A DNA stretch of 64,000 nucleotides from Lama guanicoe (Eukaryota): the NCBI GenBank assembly GCA_013239625.1, contig MU053561.1:2868283-2932282 (forward strand), read 5' to 3'. How positions within the stretch are numbered: position 1 is the stretch's first letter; each line of letters starts with the position of its first letter. The notes under the pieces were generated by a model. That model was not told the DNA's origin. It searched no databases and saw nothing but the letters and a program-made list of their open reading frames with translations. Below are positions 63,061-64,000 of this stretch, one piece after another. Position numbers and translations under genes: made by a program.

Positions 63061-63965
63061 TCTCTTTCTGCCCTTTGTGTCTAGACCTTTTTATGCAGTT
63101 ATATATAATACTTTGATCTTTTTTAATTTATAGAAGTGATATTTGCTTATTGTAAAATAATTCAAAGAGTACAGAGATGTCTGAAATAAAAAAAAAATGT
63201 TACTTAAAAAAAGTGATTTCTGCCTGGAAGAACATCCTGTTGTAGGCTGAGAGGGAAAATGGAAGGGGTAGTGGGGTCGGGGGATGCCTTGGCCAGAATT
63301 GGGGACATGGGTCTTTTTGAAGGCAGCATCATCAAAGAAAATGAGATCTGGACAGCAGAGGCAGTACCAGGAGAAGGAAATGGGGAAAGTGGAATACGAA
63401 AGGGGAATTAGACTGCTGAGAAGAAAAACTTAATTTCTATTTCTATGTTAAGGTCCACTTCCTAAGTACAGCATTATTTTCAGGGGTCAAAGGCCCTTTG
63501 TGGGGTGGGAAGGAAATTAAGGAGATATTTAATAAGCAGGTACAGCTGAATGTGTGTGGTTAAAGTACAGTCTAGTATCTATTTATTTATTTATTTGTCA
63601 GGGCTGTTTATAACCTGCTTCCAGCTTGGACAGATTGTTCTGACCCTGATGCCCTGGCTCGTTCAGGCCACTTAACACTGTTTAGTTTCCAGGGCAATAA
63701 TGTGTATGATCCCCTGATGAAGTGCTTCTGTAAGGTCTGTGGGCAGAACGCACTCTGAGTGAGCTCAGCATTGCATCACAGGGGCCGGTATCCAATGGCC
63801 TTCAGCTGCTTTCTTCTGCCCATTCACTAGAGGAGAATGAAACTCTCTTGACCCAACTCAGTGAAGAGTCTTTGCAGAAGGGAGGAGCTCAAAGCTATTG
63901 AGAGCCTTCAGTTAGGATTTGTTCTTTAATTTGGGTACCTGGTTGGCGCTCAGTAGACAGACATC

Positions 63966-64000
63966 TTTTTTTTTTCATTTTTTATAGAAGTGTAGTTGAT
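63966..64000 (-). mobile_element. Tail of another L1 3' end, truncated by window edge
   Basis: T-run followed by GAAGTGTAGTTGAT, the same terminus type as 4490-4637. Confidence 0.55.

Larger units (their letters stand above)
13834..64000 (+). other. IGSF3: IGSF3 large intron (>50 kb, continues beyond window)
   Basis: Starts GTAAGT. No sequence encoding the expected continuation (VVSAQRQVTVQEGP...) was spotted before 64000. Content is repeats and non-coding DNA. Confidence 0.7.

Overview
Mammalian genomic DNA, most likely from a camelid (camel/alpaca/llama). This is inferred from several tRNA-Ala(AGC)-headed SINEs with the 'taattacctccccc' tail and from cetartiodactyl-type L1 3' ends. The window holds the 5' end of IGSF3 (EWI-3) on the + strand. 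There is a CpG-island promoter (~11.9-13.35 kb) and a probable non-coding exon 1 ending at 12481. Exon 2 (~13160-13833) carries a ~630-nt 5'UTR with six upstream ATGs and 43 coding nt for the signal peptide MKCFFPVLSCLAVL(G), which the ORF track misses. A >50-kb intron then runs off the window; I found no next exon. The rest is repeat-rich (L2, MIR, MaLR, hAT, L1, SINEs, ERV1-type solo LTRs with 4-bp TSDs). None of the longer ORF-track ORFs looks like a real gene. I see no new multi-gene system. The most notable observations are the uORF-dense leader, a near-perfect tandem duplication carrying an NRF1-type motif, a composite SINE with a template-switch hairpin, three related solo LTRs and a nested L1/L1/LTR stack. 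Old-repeat boundaries and subfamily names are approximate and come from recalled consensus sequences.
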